A stretch of DNA of 64,000 nt from Eledone cirrhosa. Lineage: Eukaryota. Positions 15,621 to 31,590 of the stretch are shown piece after piece. The notes below the pieces were generated by a model, which ran no database searches, was not told the DNA's origin, and worked only from the letters and a program-made list of their open reading frames with translations. How positions within the stretch are numbered: the first letter of the stretch is position 1; every line of letters begins with the position of its first letter. Both the position numbers and the translations under genes were made by a program. The stretch covers positions 14,880,001 to 14,944,000 of the forward strand of contig OZ024744.1 of NCBI GenBank assembly GCA_964016885.1. The letters are read 5' to 3'.

Positions 15621-18600
15621 TATGTAATGTAGATTACTCCAGCAATATGTAATGTAGATTACTCCAGCAATATGTAATGTATATTACTCCAGCGATATGT
15701 AATGTAGATTACTCCAGCAATATGTAATGTATATTACTCCAGCAATATGTAATGTATATTACTCCAGCAATATGTAATGTAGATTACTCCAGCAATATGC
15801 AATGTATATTACTTCAGCAATATGTAATGTAGATTACTCCAGCAATATGTAATGTATATTACTCCAGCACTATGTAATGTAGATTACTCCAGCAATATGT
15901 AATGTAGATTACTCCAACAATATGTAATGTATATTACTCCAGCAATATTTAATACATATTACTTCAGCAATATGTAATGTAGAATACATCAGCAATATAT
16001 AATGTAGATTACTCCAGCAATATGTAATGTAGATTACTCCAGCAATATGTAATGTAGATTACTCCAGCAATATGTAATGTATATTACTCCAGCAATATGT
16101 AATGTAGATTACTCCAGCAATATGTAATGTATATTACTCCAGCAATATGTAATGTATATTACTCCAGCAATATGTAATGTATATTACTCCAGCAATATGT
16201 AATGTAGATTACTCCAGCAATATGTAATGTATATTCAGCAATATGTAATGTATATTACTCCAGCAATATGTAATATAGATTACTTCAGCAATATGTAATG
16301 TATATTACTTCAGCAATATGTAATGTATATTACTCCAGCAATATGTAATGTATATTACTCCAGCAATATGTAATATTGATTACTTCAGCAATATGTAATG
16401 TAGATTACTTCTGCAATATAAAATGTAGATTACTCCAGCAATATGTAATGTAGATTACTCCAGCAATATGTAATGTAGATTACTCCAGCAATATGTAATG
16501 TAGATTACTCCAGCAATATGTAATGTAGATTACTCCAGCAATATGTAATGTAGATTACTCCAGCAATATGTAATGTATATTACTCCAGCAATATGTAATG
16601 TAGATTACTCCAGCAATATGTAATGTATATTACTCCAGCAATATATAATGTAGATTACTCCAGAAAATATGTAATGTATATTACTTCAGCAATATGTAAT
16701 GTATATTACTCCAGCAATATGTAATGTAGATTACTCCAGCAATATGTAATGAATATTACTCCAGCAATATGTAATGTAGATTACTCCAGCAATATATAAT
16801 GTATATTACTCCAGCAATATGTAATGAATATTACTCCAGCAATATGTAATGAATATTAGTCCAGCAATATGTAATGTAGATTACTTCAGCAATATGTAAT
16901 GTAGATTACTCCAGCAATATGTAATATAGATTCCTCCAGAAATATGTAATGTATATTACTCCAGCAATATGTAATGAAGCTTACTCCAGCAATATGTAAT
17001 GTATATTACTAGAGCAATATGTAATGTAGATTACTCCAGCAATATGTAATGTATATTACTCCAGCAATATGTAATGTAGATTACTTCAGCAATATGTAAT
17101 GTATATTACTCCAACAATATGTAATGTAGATTACTCCAGAAAATATGTAATGTATATTACTCCAGCAATATGTAATGTAGATAACTCCAGCAATATGTAA
17201 TGTAGATTACTCCAGCAATATGTAATGTATATTACTAGAGCAATATGTAATGTAGATTACTCCAGCAATATGTAATGTATATTACTCCAGCAATATGTAA
17301 TGTAGATTACTTCAGCAATATGTAATGTATATTACTCCAGCAATATGTAATGTAGATTACTCCAGAAAATATGTAATGTATATTACTCCAGCAATATGTA
17401 ATGTAGATAACTCCAGCAATATGTAATGTAGATTACTCTAGCAATATGTAATGTAGATTACTCCAGCATTATGTAATGTATGTTACTTCAGCAATATGTA
17501 ATGTATATTACTTCAGCAATATGTAATGTATATTACTCCAGTAATATGTAATGAAGATTACCTCAGCAATATGTAATGTATATTACTCCAGCAATATGTA
17601 ATGTAGATTACATCAGCAATATGTAATGTAGATTACTTCAGCAATATGTAATGTATATTACTCCAGCAATATGTAATGTAGATTACTCCAGCAATATGTA
17701 ATGTAGATTACTTCAGCAATACGTAATGTATATGACTTCAGCAATATGTAATGTAGATTACTCCAGCAATATGTAATGTAGATTACTTCAGCAATACGTA
17801 ATGTATATTACTCCAGAAATATGTAATGTATATTACTCAAGCAATATGTAATGTAGATTACTTCAGCAATACGTAATGTATATTAGTCCAGAAATATGTA
17901 ACGTATATTACTCAAGCAATATGTAATGTAGATTACTCCAGCAATATGTAATTTAGATTACTTCAGACAATATGTAATGTAGATTACTCCAGCAATATGT
18001 AACGTAGATTACTCCAGCAATATGTAATGTAGATTACTCCAGCAATATGTAATGTAGATTACTCCAGCAATATGTAATGTAGATTACTCCAGCAATATGT
18101 AATGTAGATTACTCCAGCAATATGTAATGTATATTACTCCAGCAATATTTAATATATATTACTTCAGCAATATGTACTGTAGAATACGTCAGCAAAATAT
18201 AATGTAGATTACTCCAGCAATATGTAATGTAGATTACTCCAGCAATATGTAATGTAGATTACTCCAGCAATATGTAATGTATATTACTCCAGCAATATGT
18301 AATGTAGATTACTCCAGCAATATGTAATGTATATTACTCCAGCAATATGTAATGTATATTACTCCAGCAATATGTAATGTATATTACTCCAGCAATATGT
18401 AATGTAGATTACTCCAGCAATATGTAATGTATATTCAGCAATATGTAATGTATATTACTCCAGCAATATGTAATATAGATTACTTCAGCAATATGTAATG
18501 TATATTACTCCAGCAATATGTAATGTAGATTACATCAGCAATATGTAATGTAGATTACTTCAGCAATATGTAATGTATATTACTCCAGCAATATGTAATG

Positions 18601-18752
18601 TAGATTACTCCAGCAATATGTAATGTAGATTACTTCAGCAATACGTAATGTATATGACTTCAGCAATATGTAATGTAGATTACTCCAGCAATATGTAATG
18701 TAGATTACTTCAGCAATACGTAATGTATATTACTCCAGAAATATGTAATGTA
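12499..18752. repeat. Near-exact 3,121-bp tandem duplication (about 12499-15619 and about 15620-18740)
   Basis: Constant offset of 3121 for atacatatt at 12831/15952, aatattgat at 13251/16372, AAGCTT at 13856/16977, cgtatatta at 14781/17902 and ttcagac at 14841/17962. Confidence 0.92.
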
Positions 18753-20239
18753 TATTACTCAAGCAATATGTAATGTAGATTACTTCAGCAATACGTAATG
18801 TATATTACTCCAGAAATATGTAATGTATATTACTCAAGCAATATGTAATGTAGATTACTCCAGCAATATGTAATTTAGATTACTTCAGCAATATGTAATG
18901 TAGATTACTCAGGCAATATGTAATGTAGATTACTCCAGCAATATGTAATGTAGATTACTCCAGCAATATGTAATGTAGATTACTCCAGCAATATGTAATG
19001 TAGATTACTCCAGCTATATGTAATGTAGATTACTCCAGCAATATGTAATGTAGATTACTCCAGCAATATGTAATGTATATTACTCCAGCGATATGTAATG
19101 TAGATTACTCCAGCAATATGTAATGTATATTACGCCAGCAATATGTAATGTATATTACTCCAGCAATATGTAATGTAGATTACTCCAGCAATATGCAATG
19201 TATATTACTTCAGCAATATGTAATGTAGATTACTCCAGCAATATGTAATGTATATTACTCCAGCAATATGTAATGTAGATTACTCCAGCAATATGTAATG
19301 TAGATTACTCCAACAATATGTAATGTATATTACTCCAGCAATATTTAATATATATTACTTCAGCAATATGTAATGTATATTACTCCAGCAATATGTAATG
19401 TAGATTACTCCAGCAATATGTAATGTATATTACTCCAGCAATATTTAATGTAGATTACTCCAGCAATATGTAATGTAAATTACTTCAGAAATATGTAATG
19501 TAGAATCCGTCAGCAATATATAATGTAGATTACTCCAGCAATATGTAATGTAGATTACTCCAGCAATATGTAATGTATATTACTCCAGCGATATGTAATG
19601 TAGATTACTCCAGCAATATGTAATGTATATTACTCCAGCAATATGTAATGTATATTACTCCAGCAATATGTAATGTAGATTACTCCAGCAATATGCAATG
19701 TATATTACTTCAGCAATATGTAATGTAGATTACTCCAACAATATGTAATGTATATTACTCCAGCAATATGTAATGTAGATTACTCCAGCAATATATAATG
19801 TAGATTACTCCAACAATATGTAATGTATATTACTCCAGCAATATTTAATATATATTACTTCAACAATATGTAATGTATATTACTCCAGCAATATGTAATG
19901 TAGATTACTCCAGCAATATGTAATGTATATTACTCCAGCAATATTTAATGTAGATTACTCCAGCAATATGTAATGTAGATTACTTCAGCAATATGTAATG
20001 TAGAATACGTCAGCAATATGTAATGTAGATTACTCCAGCAATATGTAATGTAGATTACTCCAGCAATATGTAATGTAGATTACTCCAGCAATATGTAATG
20101 TATATTACTCCAGCAATATGTAATGTAGATTACTCCAGCAATATGTAATGTATATTACTCCAGCAATATGTAATGTATATTACTCCAGCAATATGTAATG
20201 TATATTACTCCAGCAATATGTAATGTAGATTACTCCAGC

Positions 20240-23200
20240 AATATGTAATGTATATTACTCCAGCAATATGTAATGTTGATTACTTCAGCAATATGTAATG
20301 TAGATTACTTCTGCAATATAAAATGTAGATTACTCCAGCAATATGTAATGTAGATTACTCCAGCAATATGTAATGTAGATTACTCCAGCAATATATAATG
20401 TAGATTACTCCAGAAAATATGTAATGTATATTACTTCAGCAATATGTAATGTATATTACTCCAGCAATATGTAATGTAGATTACTCCAGCAATATGTAAT
20501 GAATATTACTCCAGCAATATGTAATGTAGATTACTCCAGCAATATATAATGTATATTACTCCAGCAATATGTAATGAATATTACTCCAGCATTATGTAAT
20601 GAATATTAGTCCAGCAATATGTAATGTAGATTACTTCAGCAATATGTAATGTAGATTACTCCAGCTATATGTAATGTAGATTACTCCAGCAATATGTAGT
20701 GCATATTACTCCAGCAATATGTAATGTATATTACTCCAGCAATATGTAATATAGATTCCTCCAGAAATATGTAATGTATATTACTCCAGCAATATGTAAT
20801 GTAGATTACTCCAGCAATATGTAATGTATATTACTAGAGCAATATGTAATGTAGATTACTCCAGCAATATGTAATGTATATTACTCCAGCAATATGTAAT
20901 GTAGATTACTTCAGCAATATGTAATGTATATTACTCCAGCAATATGTAATGTAGATTACTCCAGAAAATATGTAATGTATATTACTCCAGCAATATGTAA
21001 TGTAGATAACTCCAGCAATATGTAATGTAGATTACTCCAGCAATATGTAATGTAGATTACTCCAGCATTATGTAATGCATGTTACTTCAGCAATATGTAA
21101 TGTATATTACTTCAGCAATATGTAATGTATATTACTCCAGTAATATGTAAGGAAGATTACCTCAGCAATATGTAATGTATATTATTCCAGCAATATGTAA
21201 TGTAGATTACATCAGCAATATGTAATGTAGATTACTTCAGCAATATGTAATGTATATTACTCCAGCAATATGTAATGTAGATTACTCCAGCAATATGTAA
21301 TGTAGATTACTTCAGCCATACGTAATGTATATGACTTCAGCAATATGTAATGTAGATTACTCCAGCAATATGTAATGTAGATTACTTCAGCAATACGTAA
21401 TGTATATTACTCCAGAAATATGTAATGTATATTACTCAAGCAATATGTAATGTAGATTACTTCAGCAATACGTAATGTATATTACTCCAGAAATATGTAA
21501 TGTATATTACTCAAGCAATATGTAATGTAGATTACTCCAGCAATATGTAATTTAGATTACTTCAGCAATATGTAATGTAGATTACTCCAGCAATATGTAA
21601 TGTAGATTACTCCAGCAATATGTAATGTAGATTACTCCAGCAATATGTAATGTAGATTACTCCAGCAATATGTAATGTAGATTACTCCAGCTATATGTAA
21701 TGTAGATTACTCCAACAATATGTAATGTAGATTATCCAGCAATATGTAATGTATATTACTCCAGCGATATGTAATGTAGATTACTCCAGCAATATGTAAT
21801 GTATATTACTCCAGCAATATGTAATGTATATTACTCCAGCAATATTAATGTAGATTACTCCAGCAATATGCAATGTATATTACTTCAGCAATATGTAATG
21901 TAGATTACTCCAGCAATATGTAATGTATATTACTCCAGCAATATGTAATGTAGATTACTCCAGCAATATGTAATGTAGATTACTCCAACAATATGTAATG
22001 TATATTACTCCAGCAATATTTAATATATATTACTTCAGCAATATGTACTGTAGAATACGTCAGCAATATATAATGTAGATTACTCCAGCAATATGTAATG
22101 TAGATTACTCCAGCAATATGTAATGTAGATTACTCCAGCAATATGTAATGTATATTACTCCAGCAATATGTAATGTAGATTACTCCAGCAATATGTAATG
22201 TATATTACTCCAGCAATATGTAATGTATATTACTCCAGCAATATGTAATGTATATTACTCCAGCAATATGTAATGTATATTCAGCAATATGTAATGTATA
22301 TTACTCCAGCAATATGTAATATAGATTACTTCAGAAATATGTAATGTATATTACTTCAGCAATATGTAATGTATATTACTCCAGCAATATGTAATGTATA
22401 TTACTCCAGCAATATGTAATGTATATTACTCCAGCAATATGTAATGTTGATTACTTCAGCAATATGTAATGTAGATTACTTCTGCAATATAAAATGTAGA
22501 TTACTCCAGCAATATGTAATGTAGATTACTCCAGCAATATGTAATGTAGATTACTCCAGCAATATGTAATGTAGATTACTCCAGCAATATGTAATGTAGA
22601 TTACTCCAGCAATATGTAATGTATATTACTCCAGCAATATGTAATGTAGATTACTCCAGCAATATGTAATGTATATTACTCCAGCAATATATAATGTAGA
22701 TTACTCCAGAAAATATGTAATGTATATTACTCCAGCAATATGTAATGAATATTACTCCAGCAATATGTAACGTAGATTACTCCAGCAATATATAATGTAT
22801 ATTACTCCAGCAATATGTAATGAATATTACTCCAGCAATATGTAATGAATATTAGTCCAGCAATATGTAATGTAGATTACTTCAGCAATATGTAATGTAG
22901 ATTACTCCAGCAATATGTAATATAGATTCCTCCAGAAATATGTAATGTATATTACTCCAGCAATATGTAATGTAGATTACTCCAGCAATATGTAATGTAT
23001 ATTACTAGAGCAATATGTAATGTAGATTACTCCAGCAATATGTAATGTATATTACTCCAGCAATATGTAATGTAGATTACTTCAGCAATATGTAATGTAT
23101 ATTACTCCAGCAATATGTAATGTAGATTACTCCAGAAAATATGTAATGTATATTACTCCAGCAATATGTAATGTAGATAACTCCAGCAATATGTAATGTA

Positions 23201-26200
23201 GATTACTCCAGCAATATGTAATGTAGATTACTCCAGCATTATGTAATGTATGTTACTTCAGCAATATGTAATGTATATTAGTTCAGCAATATGTAATGTA
23301 TATTACTCCAGTAATATGTAATGAAGATTATCTCAGCAATATGTAATGTATATTACTCCAGCAATATGTAATGTAGATTACATCAGCCATATGTAATGTA
23401 GATTACTTCAGCAATATGTAATGTATATTACTCCAGCAATATGTAATGTAGATTACTCCAGCAATATGTAATGTAGATTACTTCAGCAATACGTAATGTA
23501 TATGACTTCAGCAATATGTAATGTAGATTACTCCAGCAATATGTAATGTAGATTACTTCAGCAATACGTAATGTATATTACTCCAGAAATATGTAATGTA
23601 TATTACTCAAGCAATATGTAATGTAGATTACTTCAGCAATACGTAATGTATATTACTCTAGAAATATGTAATGTATATTACTCAAGCAATATGTAATGTA
23701 GATTACTCCAGCAATATGTAATTTAGATTACTTCAGCAATATGTAATGTAGATTACTCCAGCAATATGTAATGTAGATTACTCCAGCAATATGTAATGTA
23801 GATTACTCCAGCAATATGTAATGTAGATTACTCCAGCAATATGTAATGTAGATTACTCCAGCAATATGTAATGTAGATTACTCCAGCAATATGTAATGTA
23901 TATTACTCCAGCAATATGTAATGTAGATTACTCCAGCAATATGTAATGTAGATTACTCCAACAATATATAATGTATATTACTCCAGCAATATTTAATATA
24001 TATTACTTCAGCAATATGTAATGTATATTACTCCAGCAATATGTAATGTAGATTACTCCAGCAATATGTAATGTATATTACTCCAGCAATATGTAATGTA
24101 GATTACTCCAGCAATATGTAATGTATATTACTCCAGCAATATGTAATGTATATTACTCCAGCAATATGTAATGTATATTACTCCAGCAATATGTAATGTA
24201 GATTACTCCAGCAATATGTAATGTATATTCAGCAATATGTAATGTATATTACTCCAGCAATATGTAATGTAGATTACTCCAGCAATATGTAATGTAGATT
24301 ACTTCTGCAATATAAAATGTAGATTACTCCAGCAATATGTAATGTAGATTACTCCAGCAATATGCAATGTAGATTACTCCAGCAATATGTAATGTAGATT
24401 ACTCCAGCAATATGTAATGTAGATTACTCCAGCAATATGTAATGTAGATTACTCCAGCAATATGTAATGTATATTACTCCAGCAATATGTAATGTAGATT
24501 ACTCCAGCAATATGTAATGTATATTACTCCAGCAATATATAATGTAGATTACTCCAGAAAATATGTAATGTATATTACTTCAGCAATATGTAATGTATAT
24601 TACTGCAGCAATATGTAATGTAGATTACTCCAGCAATATGTAATGAATATTACTCCAGCAATATGTAATGTAGATTACTCCAGCAATATATAATGTATAT
24701 TACTCCAGCAATATGTAATGAATATTACTCCAGCAATATGTAATGAATATTAGTCCAGCAATATGTAATGTAGATTACTTCAGCAATATGTAATGTAGAT
24801 TACTCCAGCAATATGTAATATAGATTCCTCCAGAAATATGTAATGTATATTACTCCAGCAATATGTAATGTAGATTACTCCAGCAATATGTAATGTATAT
24901 TACTAGAGCAATATGTAATGTAGATTACTCCAGCAATATGTAATGTATATTACTCCAGCAATATGTAATGTAGATTACTTCAGCAATATGTAATGTGTAT
25001 TACTCCAGCAATATGTAATGTAGATTACTCCAGAAAATATGTAATGTATATTACTCCAGCAATATGTAATGTAGATAACTCCAGCAATATGTAATGTAGA
25101 TTACTCCAGCAATATGTAATGTAGATTACTCCAGCATTATGTAATGTATGTTACTTTAGCAATATGTAATGTATATTACTTCAGCAATATGTAATGTATA
25201 TTACTCCAGTAATATGTAATGAAGATTACCTCAGCAATATGTAATGTATATTACTCCAGCAATATGTAATGTAGATTACATCAGCAATATGTAATGTAGA
25301 TTACTTCAGCAATATGTAATGAATATTACTCCAGCAATATGTAATGTAGATTACTCCAGCAATATGTAATGTAGATTACTTCAGCAATACGTAATGTATA
25401 TGACTTCAGCAATATGTAATGTAGATTACTCCAGCAATATGTAATGTAGATTACTTCAGCAATACGTAATGTATATTACTCCAGAAATATGTAATGTATA
25501 TTACTCAAGCAATATGTAATGTAGATTACTCCAGCAATATGTAATGTAGATTACTTCAGCAATATGTAATGTAGATTACTCCAGCAATATGTAATGTAGA
25601 TTACTCCAGCAATATGTAATGTAGATTACTCCAGCAATATGTAATGTAGATTACTTCAGCAATACGTAATGTATATGACTTCAGCAATATGTAATGTAGA
25701 TTACTCCAGCAATATGTAATGTAGATTACTTCAGCAATACGTAATGTATATTACTCCAGAAATATGTAATGTATATTACTCAAGCAATATGTAATGTATA
25801 TTACTCCAGCAATATGTAATGTATATTACTCCAGCAATATGTAATGTATATTACTCCAGCAATATGTAATGTAGATTACTCCAGCAATATGTAATGTATA
25901 TTCAGCAATATGTAAGGTATATTACTCCAGCAAAATGTAATATAGATTACTTCAGCAATATGTAATGTATATTACTTCAGCAATATGTAATGTATATTAC
26001 TCCAGCAATATGTAATGTATATTACTCCAGCAATATGTAATGTATATTACTCCAGCAATATGTAATGTTGATTACTTCAGCAATATGTAATGTAGATTAC
26101 TTCTGCAATATAAAATGTAGATTACTCCAGCAATATGTAATGTAGATTACTCCAGCAATATGTAATGTAGATTACTCCAGCAATATATAATGTAGATTAC

Positions 26201-29200
26201 TCCAGAAAATATGTAATGTATATTACTTCAGCAATATGTAATGTATATTACTCCAGCAATATGTAATGTAGATTACTCCAGCAATATGTAATGAATATTA
26301 CTCCAGCAATATGTAATGTAGATTACTCCAGCAATATATAATGTATATTACTCCAGCAATATGTAATGAATATTACTCCAGCATTATGTAATGAATATTA
26401 GTCCAGCAATATGTAATGTAGATTACTTCAGCAATATGTAATGTAGATTACTCCAGCTATATGTAATGTAGATTACTCCAGCAATATGTAGTGCATATTA
26501 CTCCAGCAATATGTAATGTATATTACTCCAGCAATATGTAATATAGATTCCTCCAGAAATATGTAATGTATATTACTCCAGCAATATGTAATGTAGATTA
26601 CTCCAGCAATATGTAATGTATATTACTAGAGCAATATGTAATGTAGATTACTCCAGCAATATGTAATGTAGATTACTTCAGCAATATGTAATGTATATTA
26701 CTCCAGCAATATGTAATGTAGATTACTCCAGAAAATATGTAATGTATATTACTCCAGCAATATGTAATGTAGATAACTCCAGCAATATGTAATGTAGATT
26801 ACTCCAGCAATATGTAATGTAGATTACTCCAGCATTATGTAATGTATGTTACTTCAGCAATATGTAATGTATATTACTTCAGCAATATGTAATGTATATT
26901 ACTCCAGTAATATGTAAGGAAGATTACCTCAGCAATATGTAATGTATATTATTCCAGCAATATGTAATGTAGATTACATCAGCAATATGTAATGTAGATT
27001 ACTTCAGCAATATGTAATGTATATTACTCCAGCAATATGTAATGTAGATTACTTCAGCAATATGTAATGTAGATTACTTCAGCCATACGTAATGTATATG
27101 ACTTCAGCAATATGTAATGTAGATTACTCCAGCAATATGTAATGTAGATTACTTCAGCAATACGTAATGTATATTACTCCAGAAATATGTAATGTATATT
27201 ACTCAAGCAATATGTAATGTAGATTACTTCAGCAATACGTAATGTATATTACTCCAGAAATATGTAATGTATATTACTCAAGCAATATGTAATGTAGATT
27301 ACTCCAGCAATATGTAATTTAGATTACTTCAGCAATATGTAATGTAGATTACTCCAGCAATATGTAATGTAGATTACTCCAGCAATATGTAATGTAGATT
27401 ACTCCAGCAATATGTAATGTAGATTACTCCAGCAATATGTAATGTAGATTACTCCAGCTATATGTAATGTAGATTACTCCAGCAATATGTAATGTAGATT
27501 ATCCAGCAATATGTAATGTATATTACTCCAGCGATATGTAATGTAGATTACTCCAGCAATATGTAATGTATATTACTCCAGCAATATGTAATGTATATTA
27601 CTCCAGCAATATTAATGTAGATTACTCCAGCAATATGCAATGTATATTACTTCAGCAATATGTAATGTAGATTACTCCAGCAATATGTAATGTATATTAC
27701 TCCAGCAATATGTAATGTAGATTACTCCAGCAATATGTAATGTAGATTACTCCAACAATATGTAATGTATATTACTCCAGCAATATTTAATATATATTAC
27801 TTCAGCAATATGTACTGTAGAATACGTCAGCAATATATAATGTAGATTACTCCAGCAATATGTAATGTAGATTACTCCAGCAATATGTAATGTAGATTAC
27901 TCCAGCAATATGTAATGTATATTACTCCAGCAATATGTAATGTAGATTACTCCAGCAATATGTAATGTATATTACTCCAGCAATATGTAATGTATATTAC
28001 TCCAGCAATATGTAATGTATATTACTCCAGCAATATGTAATGTATATTCAGCAATATGTAATGTATATTACTCCAGCAATATGTAATATAGATTACTTCA
28101 GCAATATGTAATGTATATTACTTCAGCAATATGTAATGTATATTACTCCAGCAATATGTAATGTATATTACTCCAGCAATATGTAATGTATATTACTCCA
28201 GCAATATGTAATGTTGATTACTTCAGCAATATGTAATGTAGATTACTTCTGCAATATAAAATGTAGATTACTCCAGCAATATGTAATGTAGATTACTCCA
28301 GCAATATGTAATGTAGATTACTCCAGCAATATGTAATGTAGATTACTCCAGCAATATGTAATGTAGATTACTCCAGCAATATGTAATGTATATTACTCCA
28401 GCAATATGTAATGTAGATTACTCCAGCAATATGTAATGTATATTACTCCAGCAATATATAATGTAGATTACTCCAGAAAATATGTAATGTATATTACTCC
28501 AGCAATATGTAATGAATATTACTCCAGCAATATGTAACGTAGATTACTCCAGCAATATATAATGTATATTACTCCAGCAATATGTAATGAATATTACTCC
28601 AGCAATATGTAATGAATATTAGTCCAGCAATATGTAATGTAGATTACTTCAGCAATATGTAATGTAGATTACTCCAGCAATATGTAATATAGATTCCTCC
28701 AGAAATATGTAATGTATATTACTCCAGCAATATGTAATGTAGATTACTCCAGCAATATGTAATGTATATTACTAGAGCAATATGTAATGTAGATTACTCC
28801 AGCAATATGTAATGTATATTACTCCAGCAATATGTAATGTAGATTACTTCAGCAATATGTAATGTATATTACTCCAGCAATATGTAATGTAGATTACTCC
28901 AGAAAATATGTAATGTATATTACTCCAGCAATATGTAATGTAGATAACTCCAGCAATATGTAATGTAGATTACTCCAGCAATATGTAATGTAGATTACTC
29001 CAGCATTATGTAATGTATGTTACTTCAGCAATATGTAATGTATATTAGTTCAGCAATATGTAATGTATATTACTCCAGTAATATGTAATGAAGATTATCT
29101 CAGCAATATGTAATGTATATTACTCCAGCAATATGTAATGTAGATTACATCAGCCATATGTAATGTAGATTACTTCAGCAATATGTAATGTATATTACTC

Positions 29201-31590
29201 CAGCAATATGTAATGTAGATTACTCCAGCAATATGTAATGTAGATTACTTCAGCAATACGTAATGTATATGACTTCAGCAATATGTAATGTAGATTACTC
29301 CAGCAATATGTAATGTAGATTACTTCAGCAATACGTAATGTATATTACTCCAGAAATATGTAATGTATATTACTCAAGCAATATGTAATGTAGATTACTT
29401 CAGCAATACGTAATGTATATTACTCTAGAAATATGTAATGTATATTACTCAAGCAATATGTAATGTAGATTACTCCAGCAATATGTAATTTAGATTACTT
29501 CAGCAATATGTAATGTAGATTACTCCAGCAATATGTAATGTAGATTACTCCAGCAATATGTAATGTAGATTACTCCAGCAATATGTAATGTAGATTACTC
29601 CAGCAATATGTAATGTAGATTACTCCAGCTATATGTAATGTAGATTACTCCAGCAATATGTAATGTAGATTACTCCAGCAATATGTAATGTATATTACTC
29701 CAGCAATATGTAATGTAGATTACTCCAGCAATATGTAATGTAGATTACTCCAACAATATATAATGTATATTACTCCAGCAATATTTAATATATATTACTT
29801 CAGCAATATGTAATGTATATTACTCCAGCAATATGTAATGTAGATTACTCCAGCAATATGTAATGTATATTACTCCAGCAATATGTAATGTAGATTACTC
29901 CAGCAATATGTAATGTATATTACTCCAGCAATATGTAATGTATATTACTCCAGCAATATGTAATGTATATTACTCCAGCAATATGTAATGTAGATTACTC
30001 CAGCAATATGTAATGTATATTCAGCAATATGTAATGTATATTACTCCAGCAATATGTAATGTAGATTACTCCAGCAATATGTAATGTAGATTACTTCTGC
30101 AATATAAAATGTAGATTACTCCAGCAATATGTAATGTAGATTACTCCAGCAATATGCAATGTAGATTACTCCAGCAATATGTAATGTAGATTACTCCAGC
30201 AATATGTAATGTAGATTACTCCAGCAATATGTAATGTAGATTACTCCAGCAATATGTAATGTATATTACTCCAGCAATATGTAATGTAGATTACTCCAGC
30301 AATATGTAATGTATATTACTCCAGCAATATATAATGTAGATTACTCCAGAAAATATGTAATGTATATTACTTCAGCAATATGTAATGTATATTACTGCAG
30401 CAATATGTAATGTAGATTACTCCAGCAATATGTAATGAATATTACTCCAGCAATATGTAATGTAGATTACTCCAGCAATATATAATGTATATTACTCCAG
30501 CAATATGTAATGAATATTACTCCAGCAATATGTAATGAATATTAGTCCAGCAATATGTAATGTAGATTACTTCAGCAATATGTAATGTAGATTACTCCAG
30601 CAATATGTAATATAGATTCCTCCAGAAATATGTAATGTATATTACTCCAGCAATATGTAATGTAGATTACTCCAGCAATATGTAATGTATATTACTAGAG
30701 CAATATGTAATGTAGATTACTCCAGCAATATGTAATGTATATTACTCCAGCAATATGTAATGTAGATTACTTCAGCAATATGTAATGTGTATTACTCCAG
30801 CAATATGTAATGTAGATTACTCCAGAAAATATGTAATGTATATTACTCCAGCAATATGTAATGTAGATAACTCCAGCAATATGTAATGTAGATTACTCCA
30901 GCAATATGTAATGTAGATTACTCCAGCATTATGTAATGTATGTTACTTTAGCAATATGTAATGTATATTACTTCAGCAATATGTAATGTATATTACTCCA
31001 GTAATATGTAATGAAGATTACCTCAGCAATATGTAATGTATATTACTCCAGCAATATGTAATGTAGATTACATCAGCAATATGTAATGTAGATTACTTCA
31101 GCAATATGTAATGTATATTACTCCAGCAATATGTAATGTAGATTACTCCAGCAATATGTAATGTAGATTACTTCAGCAATACGTAATGTATATGACTTCA
31201 GCAATATGTAATGTAGATTACTCCAGCAATATGTAATGTAGATTACTTCAGCAATACGTAATGTATATTACTCCAGAAATATGTAATGTATATTACTCAA
31301 GCAATATGTAATGTAGATTACTCCAGCAATATGTAATGTAGATTACTTCAGCAATATGTAATGTAGATTACTCCAGCAATATGTAATGTAGATTACTCCA
31401 GCAATATGTAATGTAGATTACTCCAGCAATATGTAATGTAGATTACTTCAGCAATACGTAATGTATATGACTTCAGCAATATGTAATGTAGATTACTCCA
31501 GCAATATGTAATGTAGATTACTTCAGCAATACGTAATGTATATTACTCCAGAAATATGTAATGTATATTACTCAAGCAATATGTAATGTA
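20240..31590. repeat. About 5.8-kb-offset duplication (about 20.24-25.8 kb vs about 26.03-31.59 kb)
   Basis: Offset 5767 for ggaagattac at 21151/26918, the attatcc 1-bp deletion at 21731/27498, the aatattaatg 1-bp deletion at 21841/27608 and tctcagc at 23331/29098. Offset 5792 (one more monomer) for CTGCAG at 24603/30395, taatgtgt at 24991/30783 and gcatatta at 20701/26493. Confidence 0.92.
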
